A DNA stretch of 64,000 bases, from positions 271,436,001-271,500,000 of the forward strand of contig OZ024741.1 in assembly GCA_964016885.1 (NCBI GenBank), written 5' to 3'. Source of the DNA: Eledone cirrhosa (Eukaryota). Below the pieces are notes generated by a model. That model did not search any database, was not told where the DNA came from, and saw only the letters and a program-made list of their open reading frames with translations. Position 1 is the stretch's first letter. Each line of letters opens with the position of its first letter. A program made the translations under genes and the position numbers. Shown here piece after piece: positions 1-16,672 of the stretch.

Positions 1-40
<40 letters not shown>

Positions 41-43
<3 letters not shown>

Positions 44-378
44 GATATTAAACAAATGGAAACTATATTTATAAAACCATATTTATTTCATTATATATAT
101 TTCAGGGATATCATATTAAAAATATGGTATGCCTTCCTCAGACAAAATACAATATATAAGCCGTTTTATAAATAAATTTGACATACCTTAAAATAATGCA
201 ACTTTTTTAAATGGAAGTTGCATTATTTTAAGGTATGTCAAATTTATTTATAAAACGGCTTATATATTGTATTTTGTCTGAGGAAGGCATACCATATTTT
301 TAATATGATATCCCTGAAATATATATAATGAAATAAATATGGTTTTATAAATATAGTTTCCATTTGTTTAATATCGTA
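41..378. mobile_element. Fold-back PLE-derived insert with hammerhead ribozyme
   Basis: Perfect arms 41-204 / 215-378 with a 10-nt loop, flanked by (TA)n; HHR in each arm. Confidence 0.85.
270..335 (+). ncRNA. Minimal type-I hammerhead ribozyme (mirror copy at 84-149 on -)
   Basis: TATTTTGT-CTGAGGA-[AGGCATACCATATT..AATATGATATCCCT]-GAAA-TATATATA-ATGAAATA; stems I and II can pair. Confidence 0.75.
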
Positions 379-402
379 TATATATATATATATATATATA
401 TA

Positions 403-580
403 TAACGAAGGAAATGTGGTAAGGAACCAGGTGGACCATAACGTACCAAAGTACTCAATACTTAGGGTAGTAGAGTGGGTAATAGGAACGAGTAGGACCC
501 CGACGGCTGAGCTCAGGCCGTTTCGACGGCTAATTCGAAACGGCTTGAGCTCAGCCGTCGGGGTCCTACTCGTTCCTATA
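403..580 (-). mobile_element. Short fold-back element with one-sided tail
   Basis: Hairpin 482-526 / 535-579 plus tail 403-481, flanked by (TA)n. Family copies at 9991-10173 (hairpin) and partial copies at about 10565-10670, 12270-12388 and 48570-48650. Confidence 0.75.
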
Positions 581-892
581 TATATATATTCAAAATAGGG
601 GGTGCACAGGACAAAGGAAGTGGAAAAAACAACGGAAAGACGGATAGTCCCACCCCCTCAGTCAACCTCGGCAAATCACTACGGTTTCGGTTCATTAAGG
701 TTGATACCACTCAGTCCAGTGCACATTGGAACACAGCAAAACAGGCAAAGACAAGCTACGCAAATTACACAAATATAGAGTTAGCCAAAGGAGAAAAATA
801 GTAAAACAGATATATAGATATATATATGTGTGTGTGTGTACGTATGTCCGTATGTATGCGCTTATACATGTACGTATATATATATATATATA

Positions 893-939
<47 letters not shown>

Positions 940-1350
940 TGTTATATTTGGGGATGGTCATGTTGCCAATATTGCCAATAGAAAGAAACACACGCATCAC
1001 ATAATTTTTACTTTCACTTCATCTTTTTTGTTCGTTATTCATTTGTTAATCAAAGTTCTTTCGTCACACATTCTGTGACCTCCTCAATGATTATCTGTTT
1101 AGTGCCTTCTTTTTCCTGGTCTTAAACTTCTACTCCATCTTGTCATTTTTTTTTCATATATATATATATGGGGGGGGGGGTGTACGTGTGTACACAACCA
1201 GAATCTATAAACATAGCTTCGTTACAATTTGGAGAAGAAAAGAACCAATATTTCTTATCCCGACCATAGAACAATGGATTATGTACTGATAGAAATCAAT
1301 TATCGATCTGTTATTTAGTTATATTTTTTTGTATATTTACCTTTACACAG

Positions 1351-1458
1351 GAAATATCTCACAGTCATAACCATTTGGAACCAGTACCTATTGTATTGAT
1401 TGGCAATAAGATCGATCTGACGGATCGAATTAAGGTGTCTACTAGCAAAGGTAAAAAG
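1351..1458 (+). CDS. Rab-family small GTPase, internal exon (G4 box)
   Basis: tttacacAG|GAA...AAG|GTaggt. Translates EISHSHNHLEPVPIVLIGNKIDLTDRIKVSTSKGKK with the GNKxD motif; phase 0/0. Upstream exons lie outside the window. Confidence 0.9.
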
Positions 1459-1788
1459 GTAGGTCCTTGATTTACTTACTTGTACTTGTGTTTATGGGGG
1501 AGGCGAGTTGTCAGAGTCGTTAGAACGTCAGATAAGATATTTTGTCGTAGTCGGTCCGGCTCTCTCGTCTCTGAGTTCAAATCCTGCCGAGGTCAACTTT
1601 GTCTTCGATCCTTTTTGAAGTCGATAAAAAAAGTACCACTCAAAAGCTGGGGTCGATTCTTCCTCTATATCTCTTTCTCACTTTGCTCTCTCTCTCTCCC
1701 ATACACACATACACTCTCTCTCACTCACTCACTCTCTCCCTCTCTCCCTCTCTCCCATACACACATACACTCTCTCTCACTCACTCTC

Positions 1789-1857
<69 letters not shown>

Positions 1858-2289
1858 CTCTCTCTCTCTCTCATTCTCTGGAAGAAATCGGCTCGTTCAG
1901 ACCTGGAAAGGGGATGTCCTCCGCCCGGTTTAAGGAGCCTGAGAATTGTGTCAGGACGCCACCCCTATGACTCCGCCATAAGTTATGGGTCCATACATAC
2001 TTGTAGTGGTATCAGTATTGATACTGGATGGGAGAAGGTGAGGAGATGAAGAGCATTAACAGTATCGGTAGAAGAGCGTCGGACAACATACTTTGTGGTA
2101 TAGAGTTACGTCCCTTTACGTTATGAGTCCAAATCCCGCCAAGTATAGTTTTGCTTTTCCTCCTTAAGGGGTCGATGAAATAAAGTACCAGTAATGCACT
2201 GGGGTCGATTTAAACGACTCCCCCACCAAAAAAGAAAATAAAATTGTTGGCCTTGTGCCTAAATTAGAAACCATTATTATTATTATTAT

Positions 2290-2620
2290 TATTATTGTTC
2301 TTGGAGTCTCAATCATTGATGTTTTTTAACTGGAAAGTTTGTTCAAATGAACATCAAGCCGCTACCTGCAGCCTCAGATATTCGGGACGTATCGGAGGGT
2401 TCTTGCTGTTCCCAGCAAGCATGCCTTTTGAAGTGTTCCAAAAAAAGAGGCTGGACTAATGTTCTTTAACCATCCTTGAAAATTCTTCGATATAGTACCT
2501 AGTGCTCCTGTGACAATCGGGACGACTTTGATCTCATGACAGTCCCAAATCCTTTTTAATTCCTGGTATCGGTTAATTTTCTCCTACGGGCAGACTACAT
2601 CTACAATCAAGCACGATCTT
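2290..2620 (-). mobile_element. R4/Dong-like non-LTR 3' fragment
   Basis: Minus strand reads ...LQKACLLGTARTLR... and ends in (TAA)n; similar to 29330-29600. Confidence 0.55.
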
Positions 2621-2692
2621 TTTTCCTTGTCAAAAATTACCAGGTCAGGCCTATTATGTTCTAATTTTTTCTTATTTTTATTATTATTGCAG

Positions 2693-2812
2693 TTGGCCTC
2701 GCAAGAAATGGCGTTTGAGTTCTTTGAAACAAGTGCCAAAACCGGTGAAAACGTACAGCTAGTATTTGAACGGTTAGCCTACCACATTACCGACATTTGT
2801 AACCCACATTTG
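2693..2812 (+). CDS. Rab-family small GTPase, internal exon (G5 box)
   Basis: ttattgcAG|TTG...TTG|GTacgt. Translates LASQEMAFEFFETSAKTGENVQLVFERLAYHITDICNPHL (ETSAK motif), in frame with the previous exon. Confidence 0.92.
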
Positions 2813-3081
2813 GTACGTACGTTCATCTCTAGTTTCTACAACATTTTAACTCGTAACATCTTGTAATGATTCAGAAAACAATTATCAAAAAGCGAGTTTG
2901 TCAATTCAAATATTTCTGCTATTTTTACTAGCAGGGAAGATTTAAAATCGATATAACTGGAGCTAGATGTATTGATCTTAAAGCACCGAAACAACGTATC
3001 TCCAGCGATTGACTGATCAGAGGGGACTGTTTGAGTTTCGTATCGTTATTCAGTGGTCTCTGCCCACAATTTTATTCATTT

Positions 3082-3195
<114 letters not shown>

Positions 3196-3228
3196 TCTTG
3201 TCTATATATATATATATATATATATGTG

Positions 3229-5252
3229 TGCCTGGAAATGTCATTATGAGAGACTGATGAATGTGGAGAACGAATGGGAGAGAGAGAAATTACCCTCAGT
3301 AGATCCGACAGAGGGACCAGCTATTGAGATTGACGAATATAGGGTCCAAGAGGCGATTAAGGAAATGAAAAATAAGGCCGCTGGACCGTCGGGGTAGTTG
3401 CTGAGATGTTGAAAGCATCAGGGGACGTAGGCACTAAACTGGTTGCACGCATCATCAATCAGGTGTCATACCCAAAGACTGGTGCAGCAGTATTCTCATA
3501 AATTGCTACAAAGGTAAAGAGGATGCTCTCGAGAGGAACAATTATAGGGGTATAAAACAGATGGATCAGGTTATGAAAGTGGCAGAAAGGATATTAGCGC
3601 AACTAATTAGAGAAAGGGACAAACTAGATGAGATGCAGTTTGGTTTTGTGCCTGGGAAAAGTACAACGGATGCCCTCTTCTTAGTGAGACAACTACAAGA
3701 GAAGTTCTTAGAGAAGAATAAGCCACTATACTTAGCTTTTGTTGACCTAGAGAAGGCCTTTGATAGAGTACCTCGATCTGTCATCTGGTGGTCCCTAAGG
3801 AAAGTAGGTGTTGAGGAATGGCTTGTGGGGACAGTGCAGGCTTTGTACAGAGGTGCTGTCAGTAAAGTGAGAGTAGGAATGGAGTTTAGTGAGGAATTCC
3901 AGATACAAGTAGGAGTACATCAAGGTTCGCTCCTCAGCCCGCTCTTGTTCATTATAGTCCTCCAAGCCATAACAGAGGAGTTTAAGACTGGCTGTCCATG
4001 GGAACTTCTCTATGCTGACGATCTGGTCCTTATAGCAGAATCAGTAGAGGAGCTAGAGAATAAATTCTGGCTATGGAAACAACAGTTGGAAGCAAGAGGA
4101 CTGAGAGTGAACCTAGCTAAGACAAAAAATAAATGGTTGCTTAAAAAAATAGTAATGTTACTGAAAAAAAAACCCTGGCACAGCAACTGTAACTGTGTAA
4201 AATATAAGTGGCAGTCAACAGGTTAAAGTCAATTACTTCAATGCAGAGTTTTTGACTATGAAAAATAGTTGAACAAGGTTGAACATATTTGTAGTGATTA
4301 GAGCTGTTTTGATGTCGTGTTCATCATCATCATCAGTTGGAATTAAGAGGACTGAGAGTGAACCTAGCTAAGACGAAAGTGTTGATGAGTAGAAAAGAGG
4401 ACAAAACTCTGATTCCGTCGGGGAAATAGCCATGTTCTATATGCAGAAAAGGAACTGGCATAAATGAATGCAGATCTTGGGTACACAAAATATGTAGTGG
4501 AATAGCAGGCAAACTAACAGGTAGGGAGAAATACATATGCACAGTAGATGTACAGGGAAATTTGACAGTAGAGGTCGCATTGATAGACATATTTTTCAAA
4601 TGCAGGTGGGTGCTATAGAAGGTGTTGATAGCTTCCGGTACCTAGGTGATCAGATTAGCATGGGCGGGGATGTTCCGAGGCCATAGTATCTAGAATAAGG
4701 ACGGGTTGGAAGAAGTTTAGGGAGCTGGTCCCTCTACTGACGAAGAAGGGTTTCTCCCTGCGTACGAAAGGCCGGTTATATGATGCCTGTGTGAGGTGCG
4801 CGATGCTGCATGGTAGTGAGACATGGGCAGAAACTGCAGAGGATATGCGACGGCTGGAGAGAAATGAGGCAAGCATGCTCCGTTGGATGTGCAATGACAA
4901 TGTGCGTGAACGACCGAGCATGGATGTGTTGAGAGAGAAACTGTGTCTGAGAGGGATAAATTATAGTGTGCGAGAGAGGAGACTGCGATGGTATGGACAT
5001 GTGATGTGCATGGAGGATGACCGATGGGTGAAGAAGTGCCAATAAATGCCAGTTGAAGGAAGACGTAGTAGAGGAAGACCACGAAAAACATGGGCGGAGG
5101 TGGTGAGAACAGACCCCAAATCGCTGAAGCTCACGGTGGAGATGGCGAAGGACCGTGACAAGTGGAGAGATGCTGTGCTGAATAGGACCCGTCCCACCCT
5201 TGCAAGCAGGAAAAAACGGACGTAAGATGATGATGATGATAATGATGATGAT
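3229..5252 (+). mobile_element. 5'-truncated, decayed RTE-clade LINE
   Basis: ORF pieces with QFGF, FVDLEKAFDRV, GVHQGS and LYADD; RRLRWYGHV; (GAT)n tail. Near-identical to 53117-54975; interrupted at about 4130-4335. Confidence 0.9.
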
Positions 5253-5589
5253 GATATATGTATATGTATATATATATAATTGTTTCTACTTTTGGCACAA
5301 GGCCAGCAATTATCTTAGTGTATTACTGGTACTTTATTTTATCGACCCCGTAAGGATGAAAGGCAAAGTTAACCTTGGCAGGATTTGAACTCAGAATGGC
5401 AAGGGCCGTAACTCTATACGTTAAAGCATGGCATCCGACCCTCTACCAAACTACTAATCCACCGCCCTATGTATATATAATTGTTTCTACTTTTGGCACA
5501 AGGCCAGCAATTACACCAATGCATTACTGGTACTTTATTCTATCGACCCCGGAAGGATGAAAGGCAAAGTTAACCTCGGCCCTATGTAT

Positions 5590-10418
<4,829 letters not shown>

Positions 10419-10862
10419 TATTGAAGTTTCCGTTGAAAATTGAAAAATCTCATAGGAGTGAAGAGTGCTCTATGTAAGTTACAGAGCTAAATTTAATGTA
10501 TAATAAACAATACAATGTAATTACCTGATAATTGGCTATTTCTTGACTCCGTCCAGAATAAGCCGCCGGGGTCTTGAACATTTTCCTATAACCCACTCTA
10601 CTACCCAAAGTATTGAGTACTCTGGTGCGTTATGGTCCAGCTGGTTCCTTACCACACTTCCTTCGTTATATATATATATATCACAAAAAAAAAGAGAATC
10701 AGTGTTGCGACGAATGGAATTTATTGGACATATTACAATCGTTTCTCTAGTGACCAGCTCGAGGCACGATCAATGTGATGATCGAACCTGATTCTGAAAA
10801 TCGCAAGGTCCTCAGATACGTCTTGATTCTACAAAGCAGATTTTCCAAAAATTATATATATA

Positions 10863-11196
10863 TATTATTCAAAATATTAATAAATGGATACATTCACATA
10901 ATCAAAATATATGCTTTATTATATATATTTCGGAGGTACTGGAATTGAACCATCAGCACAGTTGAGGTATGTCATACATCAATTTATGTATTTTATCTGA
11001 TGAGGACGTACTGAAAAAACAGCACAGTACCTCCGAAATATATATAATAAAGCATATATTTTGATTATGTGAATGTATCCATTTATTAATATTTTGAATA
11101 ATATTAATAACTCCAGAAAACTTCATTGTTGAGTGCTTCTAATCTATTGTAAAACTATATTCATTGAGTAAACAATGAACCTTGTTTAACATTTGG

Positions 11197-11198
<2 letters not shown>
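10863..11198 (+). mobile_element. Fold-back PLE-derived insert with hammerhead
   Basis: Arms 10863-10941 / 11025-11103 plus tail to about 11198; resembles 41-378 and 50525-52235. Confidence 0.8.
10989..11054 (+). ncRNA. Minimal type-I hammerhead ribozyme
   Basis: TATTTTAT-CTGATGA-GGACGTACTG..CAGTACCTCC-GAAA-TATATATA-ATAAAGCA. Confidence 0.8.
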
Positions 11199-11227
<29 letters not shown>

Positions 11228-11233
<6 letters not shown>

Positions 11234-11540
11234 TGTAATAAACAACATAAGGCAATTATTCCATTTACCAGTGGTTTCTTAAAAGCAAAAAATGTTGCTT
11301 TCAATCATCAGAATGAAAAAATCCTGGTCTGTTTATTGAATTTGGATTTTAAAATCCAAATTCAATAAACAGACCAGGATTTTTTCATTCTGATGATTGA
11401 AAGCAAAATTTTTTGCTTTTAAGAAACCACTGGTAAATGGAATAATTGCCTTATGTTGTTTATTACATAACTATTAAGCTCTGTTACCTACATAGAGCAC
11501 TCTTTTTTCCTGGACTTTTCCGACGGAATTACTTCATTTA
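11228..11540 (+). mobile_element. Loop-less palindromic PLE-derived insert with hammerhead
   Basis: Near-perfect palindrome 11228-11473 centred on tttt|aaaa (11350/11351). Tail 11474-11540 resembles the PLE 3' end at 55127-55230 and 10417-10530. Confidence 0.8.
11384..11441 (+). ncRNA. Type-I hammerhead ribozyme (mirror copy at 11260-11317 on -)
   Basis: TTCATT-CTGATGA-TTGAAAGCAA..TTGCTTTTAA-GAAA-CCACTG-GTA-AATGGA; GUA cleavage triplet. Confidence 0.8.
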
Positions 11541-11928
11541 TATATATATATAAAACACCTCTCTCTATATACACAAGAGTTCATTTTCTAGTCTCCTTCT
11601 CCTCGAGGAAGATGAAAAAAAACTTACCTCTTAATTTTAAATCTTTAATTTTTAGTTTTTAATTCCTATTTATTATTTTTAATTGTAATACTCAACATTT
11701 GATAAGATGGGTTTTACTAATACATTGAAACCGGTTATACTTTATATACATTATATACATTATATACTTTATATACTTTATATACTTTATAAAACTCGTT
11801 TTAAAAGAATTGTCCCTCTCATTTTTTCAATAATGTTATCTGTTCAATAATGTCACTTCTACGAATCAAAGAAAGGAAACAAAGGAAAGCAGGCCCAAAA
11901 ATACATTTTCCATGCTATTTCCAACTTC

Positions 11929-12007
<79 letters not shown>

Positions 12008-12702
12008 AGAAAATGCGAAGTAGTTTCAGATCTTAAAATCCTTTAATGATAATGCTGTCATACATATTTCAATGACGACAGTGGCCATACGCTTCCATGT
12101 ACCCAGTGCCATGACATCATCAGACAGCTGCTTACATAATAAGGTTATGTTCCCGAGGCAATCCAGATTGAATCGACAAGGGAATGGACAAAGCGGGTAT
12201 TCTTGAATCCTTTGCCCGTTCCCTTGCAAGGGAAGGGAATGGGCGAATGATTCAAGTGTCCAGAAATAGCCATCGAAACGGCTTGAGCTCTGCAGTCGGG
12301 GTCCTTTTCCTATTACCCACTCTACTACCCAAAGTATCGAATACTCTGGTGCGTCCACCTGGTTCCTTACCACTCTTCCTTCGTTATATATATATATATA
12401 TATTTATTTATTTAAAGGTTAAACAAGGTTCAATGAATAAATCAATGAATAAAGATTAGAAGCACTCCACAGAAATGGTTTTCCGGGGTTGAATGAGCTT
12501 CATTGTATGTTTAATTGGTCGATGCATGAATACAAACATCCAGGGAAAGGAAGCATGAATTTAATAGTAATAGCAATAGATTATAATTAATGTGCGATGT
12601 GGGTGCTGAATTAAGGTCATTATTACGGGGTCGATAAAATAAAGTACCAGTAATGCACTGGGTAATTGCTGCCTTGTGCCTAAAGTAGAAACAATTATTA
12701 AT

Positions 12703-12890
12703 GTAGATTGGCAGTATTGGTAGAGGGTCGGACGTCATGCTTTGACGCATAGAGTTACGGCCCTTGCCATTCTGAGTTCAAATCCCGCCGAGGTTAACTT
12801 TGCCTTTCATCCTTATGGGGTCGATAAAATAAAGTACCAGTAATGCACTGGGTAATTGCTGGCCTTGTGCCAAAAGTAGAAACAATTATT
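12703..12890 (+). mobile_element. tRNA-derived SINE (family 1), representative copy
   Basis: A-box TGGCAGTATTGG, B-box GAGTTCAAATCC, 3' end ggccttgtgccaaaagtagaaacaatt. Other copies at about 1495-1660, 2055-2275, 5277-5468(-), 12903-13110, 17742-17928, 18135-18352(-), 19272-19410, 29131-29313(-), 31610-31770 and 42815-43012. Confidence 0.8.
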
Positions 12891-13193
12891 AATGTTGCAA
12901 GGGCAGTGGAATGGCAGAATCGTTAGAGCATCAGACAAAAATAGTTTGCAGCATCTAGTTACGTCTCTTTCAGTTCTGTGTTCAAATCCCACCAAGGTCA
13001 TATTTACCTTTAATCTTTCCACGATTGATAAAATAAAGCATCAGTTAAGTATAAGGGTTGATACAATCGATTTTTGTCTTCTCATAAATGACTGGCCTTG
13101 TGCCAATGTTAAAAAGAAATAATCATTAATGCTATGGTACCAATTGGTTAGTTGAGAGAGGTGACATACATTATTATTTTTATATTCTATCAG

Positions 13194-13340
13194 ATAAAGA
13201 AAGAAAAAAAATTCATGTTTAGTCAGAGGAAAGGGCAGTACTCAAGATCCCTCCCAGTGTCCCCAAGACTCATAAATAAGGAAGGTATACTCAAACTGGA
13301 TACTTGGCCAAAATACTTGCAATTGGGTGAACTTTATTAA
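13194..13340 (+). CDS. Candidate alternative last exon A of the Rab gene (basic, no Cys)
   Basis: Pyrimidine-rich acceptor ttattatttttatattctatcAG, phase 0. Open for 48 aa (IKKEKKFMFSQRKGQYSRSLPVSPRLINKEGILKLDTWPKYLQLGELY*) in non-repeat sequence; no diagnostic motif. Confidence 0.3.
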   Translation: MKKEKKFMFSQRKGQYSRSLPVSPRLINKEGILKLDTWPKYLQLGELY

Positions 13341-13346
13341 AGCACC

Positions 13347-15267
13347 TAAACAGAGTAATAGCTTAAGTCTACCAGCCAAGTGCTAGGTGATGTTAAACAG
13401 GATAACAGCTTAAGTATACCAGTCAAGTACTAGGTGATGTTAAACAGGATAACAGCTTAAGTCTACCAGCCAAGTGCTAGGTGATATTAAACAGGATAAC
13501 AGCTTAAGTCTACCAGCCAAGTGTTAGGTGATGTTAAACAGGATAACAGATTAAGTCTACCAGCCAAGTACTAGGTGGTGTTAAACAGGATAACAGCTTA
13601 AGTCTACCAGCCAAGTGTTAGGTGATGTTAAACAGGATAACAGATTAAGTCTACCAGCCAAGTACTAGGTGGTGTTAAACAGGATAACAACTTAAGTCTA
13701 CCAGCCAAGTGCTAGGTGATGTTAAACAGGATAACAGCTTAAGTCTACCAGCCAAGTACTAGGTGGTGTTAAACAGGATAACAGCTTAAGTCTACCAGCC
13801 AAGTACTAGGTGGTGTTAAACAGGATAACAACTTAAGTCTACCAGCCAAGTGCTAGGTGATGTTAAACAGGATAACAGCTTAAGTCTACCAGCCAAGTAC
13901 TAGGTGGTGTTAAACAGGATAACAGCTTAAGTCTACCAGCCAAGTACTAGGTGGTGTTAAACAGGATAACAGCTTAAGTCTACCAGCCAAGTACTAGGTG
14001 GTGTTAAACAGGATAACAGCTTAAGTCTACCAGCCAAGTACTAGGTGGTGTTAAACAGGATAACAGCTTAAGTCTACCAGCCAAGTACTAGGTGATGTTA
14101 AACAGGATAACAGCTTAAGTCTACCAGCCAAGTACTAGGTGGTGTTAAACAGGATAACAGCTTAAGTCTACCAGCCAAGTACTAGGTGGTGTTAAACAGG
14201 ATAACAGCTTAAGTCTACCAGCCAAGTACTAGGTGGTGTTAAACAGGATAACAGCTTAAGTCTACCAGCCAAGTACTAGGTGGTGTTAAACAGGATAACA
14301 GCTTAAGTCTACCAGCCAAGTACTAGGTGGTGTTAAACAGGATAACAGCTTAAGTCTACCAGCCAAGTACTAGGTGATGTTAAACAGGATAACAGCTTAA
14401 GTCTACCAGCCAAGTACTAGGTGGTGTTAAACAGGATAACAGCTTAAGTCTACCAGCCAAGTACTAGGTGGTGTTAAACAGGATAACAGCTTAAGTCTAC
14501 CAGCCAAGTACTAGGTGGTGTTAAACAGGATAATAGCTTAAGTCTACCAGCCAAGTACTAGGTGGTGTTAAACAGGATAACAGCTTAAGTCTACCAGCCA
14601 AGTACTAGATGGTGTTAAACAGGATAACAGATTAAGTCTACCAGCCAAGTACTAGGTGGTGTTAAACAGGATAACAGCTTAAGTCTACCAGCCAAGTACT
14701 AGGTGGTGTTAAACAGGATAACAGCTTAAGTCTACCAGCCAAGTACTAGGTGATGTTAAACAGGATAACAGCTTAAGTCTACCAGCCAAGTACTAGGTGG
14801 TGTTAAACAGGATAACAGCTTAAGTCTACCAGCCAAGTACTAGGTGGTCTTAAACAGGATAACAGCTTAAGTCTACCAGCCAAGTACTAGGCGGTGTTAA
14901 ACAGGATAACAGCTTAAGTCTACCAGCCAAGTACTAGGCAGTGTTAAACAGGATAACAGCTTAAGTCTACCAGCCAAGTACTAGGTGATGTTAAACAGGA
15001 TAACAGCTTAAGTCTACCAGCCAAGTACTAGGTGATGTTAAACAGGATAACAGCTTAAGTCTACCAGCCAAGTGCTAGGTGATGTTAAACAGGATAACAG
15101 CTTAAGTCTACCAGCCAAGTACTAGGTGATGTTAAACAGGATAACAGCTTAAGTCTACCAGCCAAGTACTAGGTGATGTTAAACAGGATAACAGCTTAAG
15201 TCTACCAGCCAAGTGCTAGGTGATATTAAACAGGATAACAGCTTAAGTCTACCAGCCAAGTGCTAGG

Positions 15268-15270
<3 letters not shown>
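13347..15270. repeat. 47-bp tandem satellite, about 41 copies
   Basis: Unit ttaaacaggataacagcttaagtctaccagccaagtactaggtggtg; highly homogeneous with no spacers. Confidence 0.95.
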
Positions 15271-15302
<32 letters not shown>

Positions 15303-15462
15303 TAAATCATGTCTTTAGAATTATCAGATAAATAAAATATATACCATTTCCTCACCCAATCAGCATAATTAACCATATAAAAAATCAATTAGTCCAAGCT
15401 ATAAGGATAAAGGCTCTTATGAAGAAATCTCCGACAAATAACCGAAAGTGGCCTCTATATAT

Positions 15463-15697
15463 ATATTTATTAAAATAACAGATTAAAGTTTAAGCAAAGA
15501 ATCGCTGCTTTCACCCTTAACGGGATCTTCTGAAACTAACAAAGTCAATCTGTTAGTTAAGGGTGAAAGCAGCGATTCTTTGCTTAAACTTTAATCTGTT
15601 ATTTTAATAAATATTTGCTGTACGGTTCTTATATATTTGATATATATTTATCCTTATCGAGCCCTCTTTAGATTTTAGTCTTCAAATTTATTATTAT

Positions 15698-15700
<3 letters not shown>
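15463..15700 (+). mobile_element. Fold-back insert with tail
   Basis: Arms 15463-15521 / 15556-15614 plus tail to about 15700; second copy at 23091-23295. Confidence 0.75.
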
Positions 15701-15749
<49 letters not shown>

Positions 15750-15787
15750 AGATCAAAGATAAAACTCACCTCCTACATATATATATA

Positions 15788-15981
15788 GGCAACACGGTAA
15801 AAACCTCCCAGACCCACACTGTAAATGTGGTTGGTGTTAGGAAGGGCATCCAACTGTAGAAAACCTGCCAGACAGTCCTATGCGAGCAAGAAAATCACTC
15901 TTGCCTCAAGTGGGACTACCCCCGTCCAAACCCATGCAAGCGTGGAACACGGACGTTAAACGTTGATGATGATGATGATGA

Positions 15982-15985
<4 letters not shown>
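15788..15985 (+). mobile_element. SINE 3' part with RTE-like (GAT)n tail
   Basis: ggttggtgttaggaagggcatccaactgtagaaaacc...gcaagcgtggaacacggacgttaaacgttgatgatg; near-identical to 59361-59560. Confidence 0.7.
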
Positions 15986-16032
<47 letters not shown>

Positions 16033-16039
<7 letters not shown>

Positions 16040-16419
16040 AGATCAAAAGATGGTTAAAAGAGTTCCAAGTATTTTATTATGCGCATTTCAAAAACAAATA
16101 TCATTTGCGTTTTCATCAGATAAAATAGGGATACATGATATGAAGGTTAAAAAACACTTGTGAATAGTGAAGTTTTAAATCAACATATTCACAAGTGTTT
16201 TTTAACCTTCATATCATGTATCCCTATTTTATCTGATGAAAACGCAAATGTCATCTCATGATGATATTTGTTTTTGAAATGCGCATAATAAAATACTTGG
16301 AACTCTTTTAACCATCTTTTGATCTTATATTATTTATACTCCAGTCCTACAAACTGTAGAGTGCTACTTATCCGATATTTGCATTGCTTTATTGTGCTAC
16401 AATAAAACTCACCTCCTAC

Positions 16420-16420
<1 letters not shown>
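16033..16420 (+). mobile_element. Fold-back PLE pLTR insert with hammerheads
   Basis: Arms about 16033-16167 / 16186-16333 plus tail to 16420; matches the 3' end (60177-60437) of the PLE at 60177-62960. Confidence 0.85.
16225..16295 (+). ncRNA. Minimal type-I hammerhead ribozyme (mirror copy at 16070-16127 on -)
   Basis: TATTTTAT-CTGATGA-long stem II-GAAA-TGCGCATA-ATAAAATA; perfect 8-bp stem I and palindromic TGCGCA stem III. Confidence 0.85.
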
Positions 16421-16513
<93 letters not shown>

Positions 16514-16558
16514 CATACATATATATATATAATTTATTTCTATAAATTATTTTTTCAG

Positions 16559-16672
16559 ATGTCGCAATATTATCCAAATCTTACCATCCCAGAAGACATA
16601 CAGAAAACAGACCTGAACGACCCACCGCCATTCAAAGTAAAAGACGTCAAAATACGTAAATGCGCATGTTGA
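16559..16672 (+). CDS. Rab gene last exon B, ending in a CXC prenylation motif
   Basis: ttattttttcAG acceptor, phase 0. Translates MSQYYPNLTIPEDIQKTDLNDPPPFKVKDVKIRKCAC*. Confidence 0.8.
   Translation: MSQYYPNLTIPEDIQKTDLNDPPPFKVKDVKIRKCAC

Noticed and set aside
675-720. Hammerhead-like CTGAGTG..CGAAACCGTA on - strand
   Set aside because: The conserved core is incomplete and the stems are unconvincing.
2813-2866. Read-through C-terminus of the Rab gene (VRTFISSFYNILTRNIL*)
   Set aside because: There is a good GT donor at 2813 and downstream CXC-ending exons explain the gene better.
12165-12275. Possible HDV-like ribozyme (GGCGAATG motif)
   Set aside because: It folds as a simple hairpin (TGAATC..GCCCGTTCCCTT/AAGGGAATGGGC..GATTCA); I could not build the nested double pseudoknot.
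12703-12790. tRNA gene
   Set aside because: The A/B boxes belong to a multi-copy SINE head and there is no cloverleaf.
13347-15270. CRISPR-like regular array
   Set aside because: Pure head-to-tail repeat with no unique spacers and no cas genes, in eukaryotic DNA; the same applies to 24567-25810.
15495-15540. Hammerhead on - strand (CAGAAGA..GAAA)
   Set aside because: The core deviates and no stem I pairing was found; kept only as a fold-back element.
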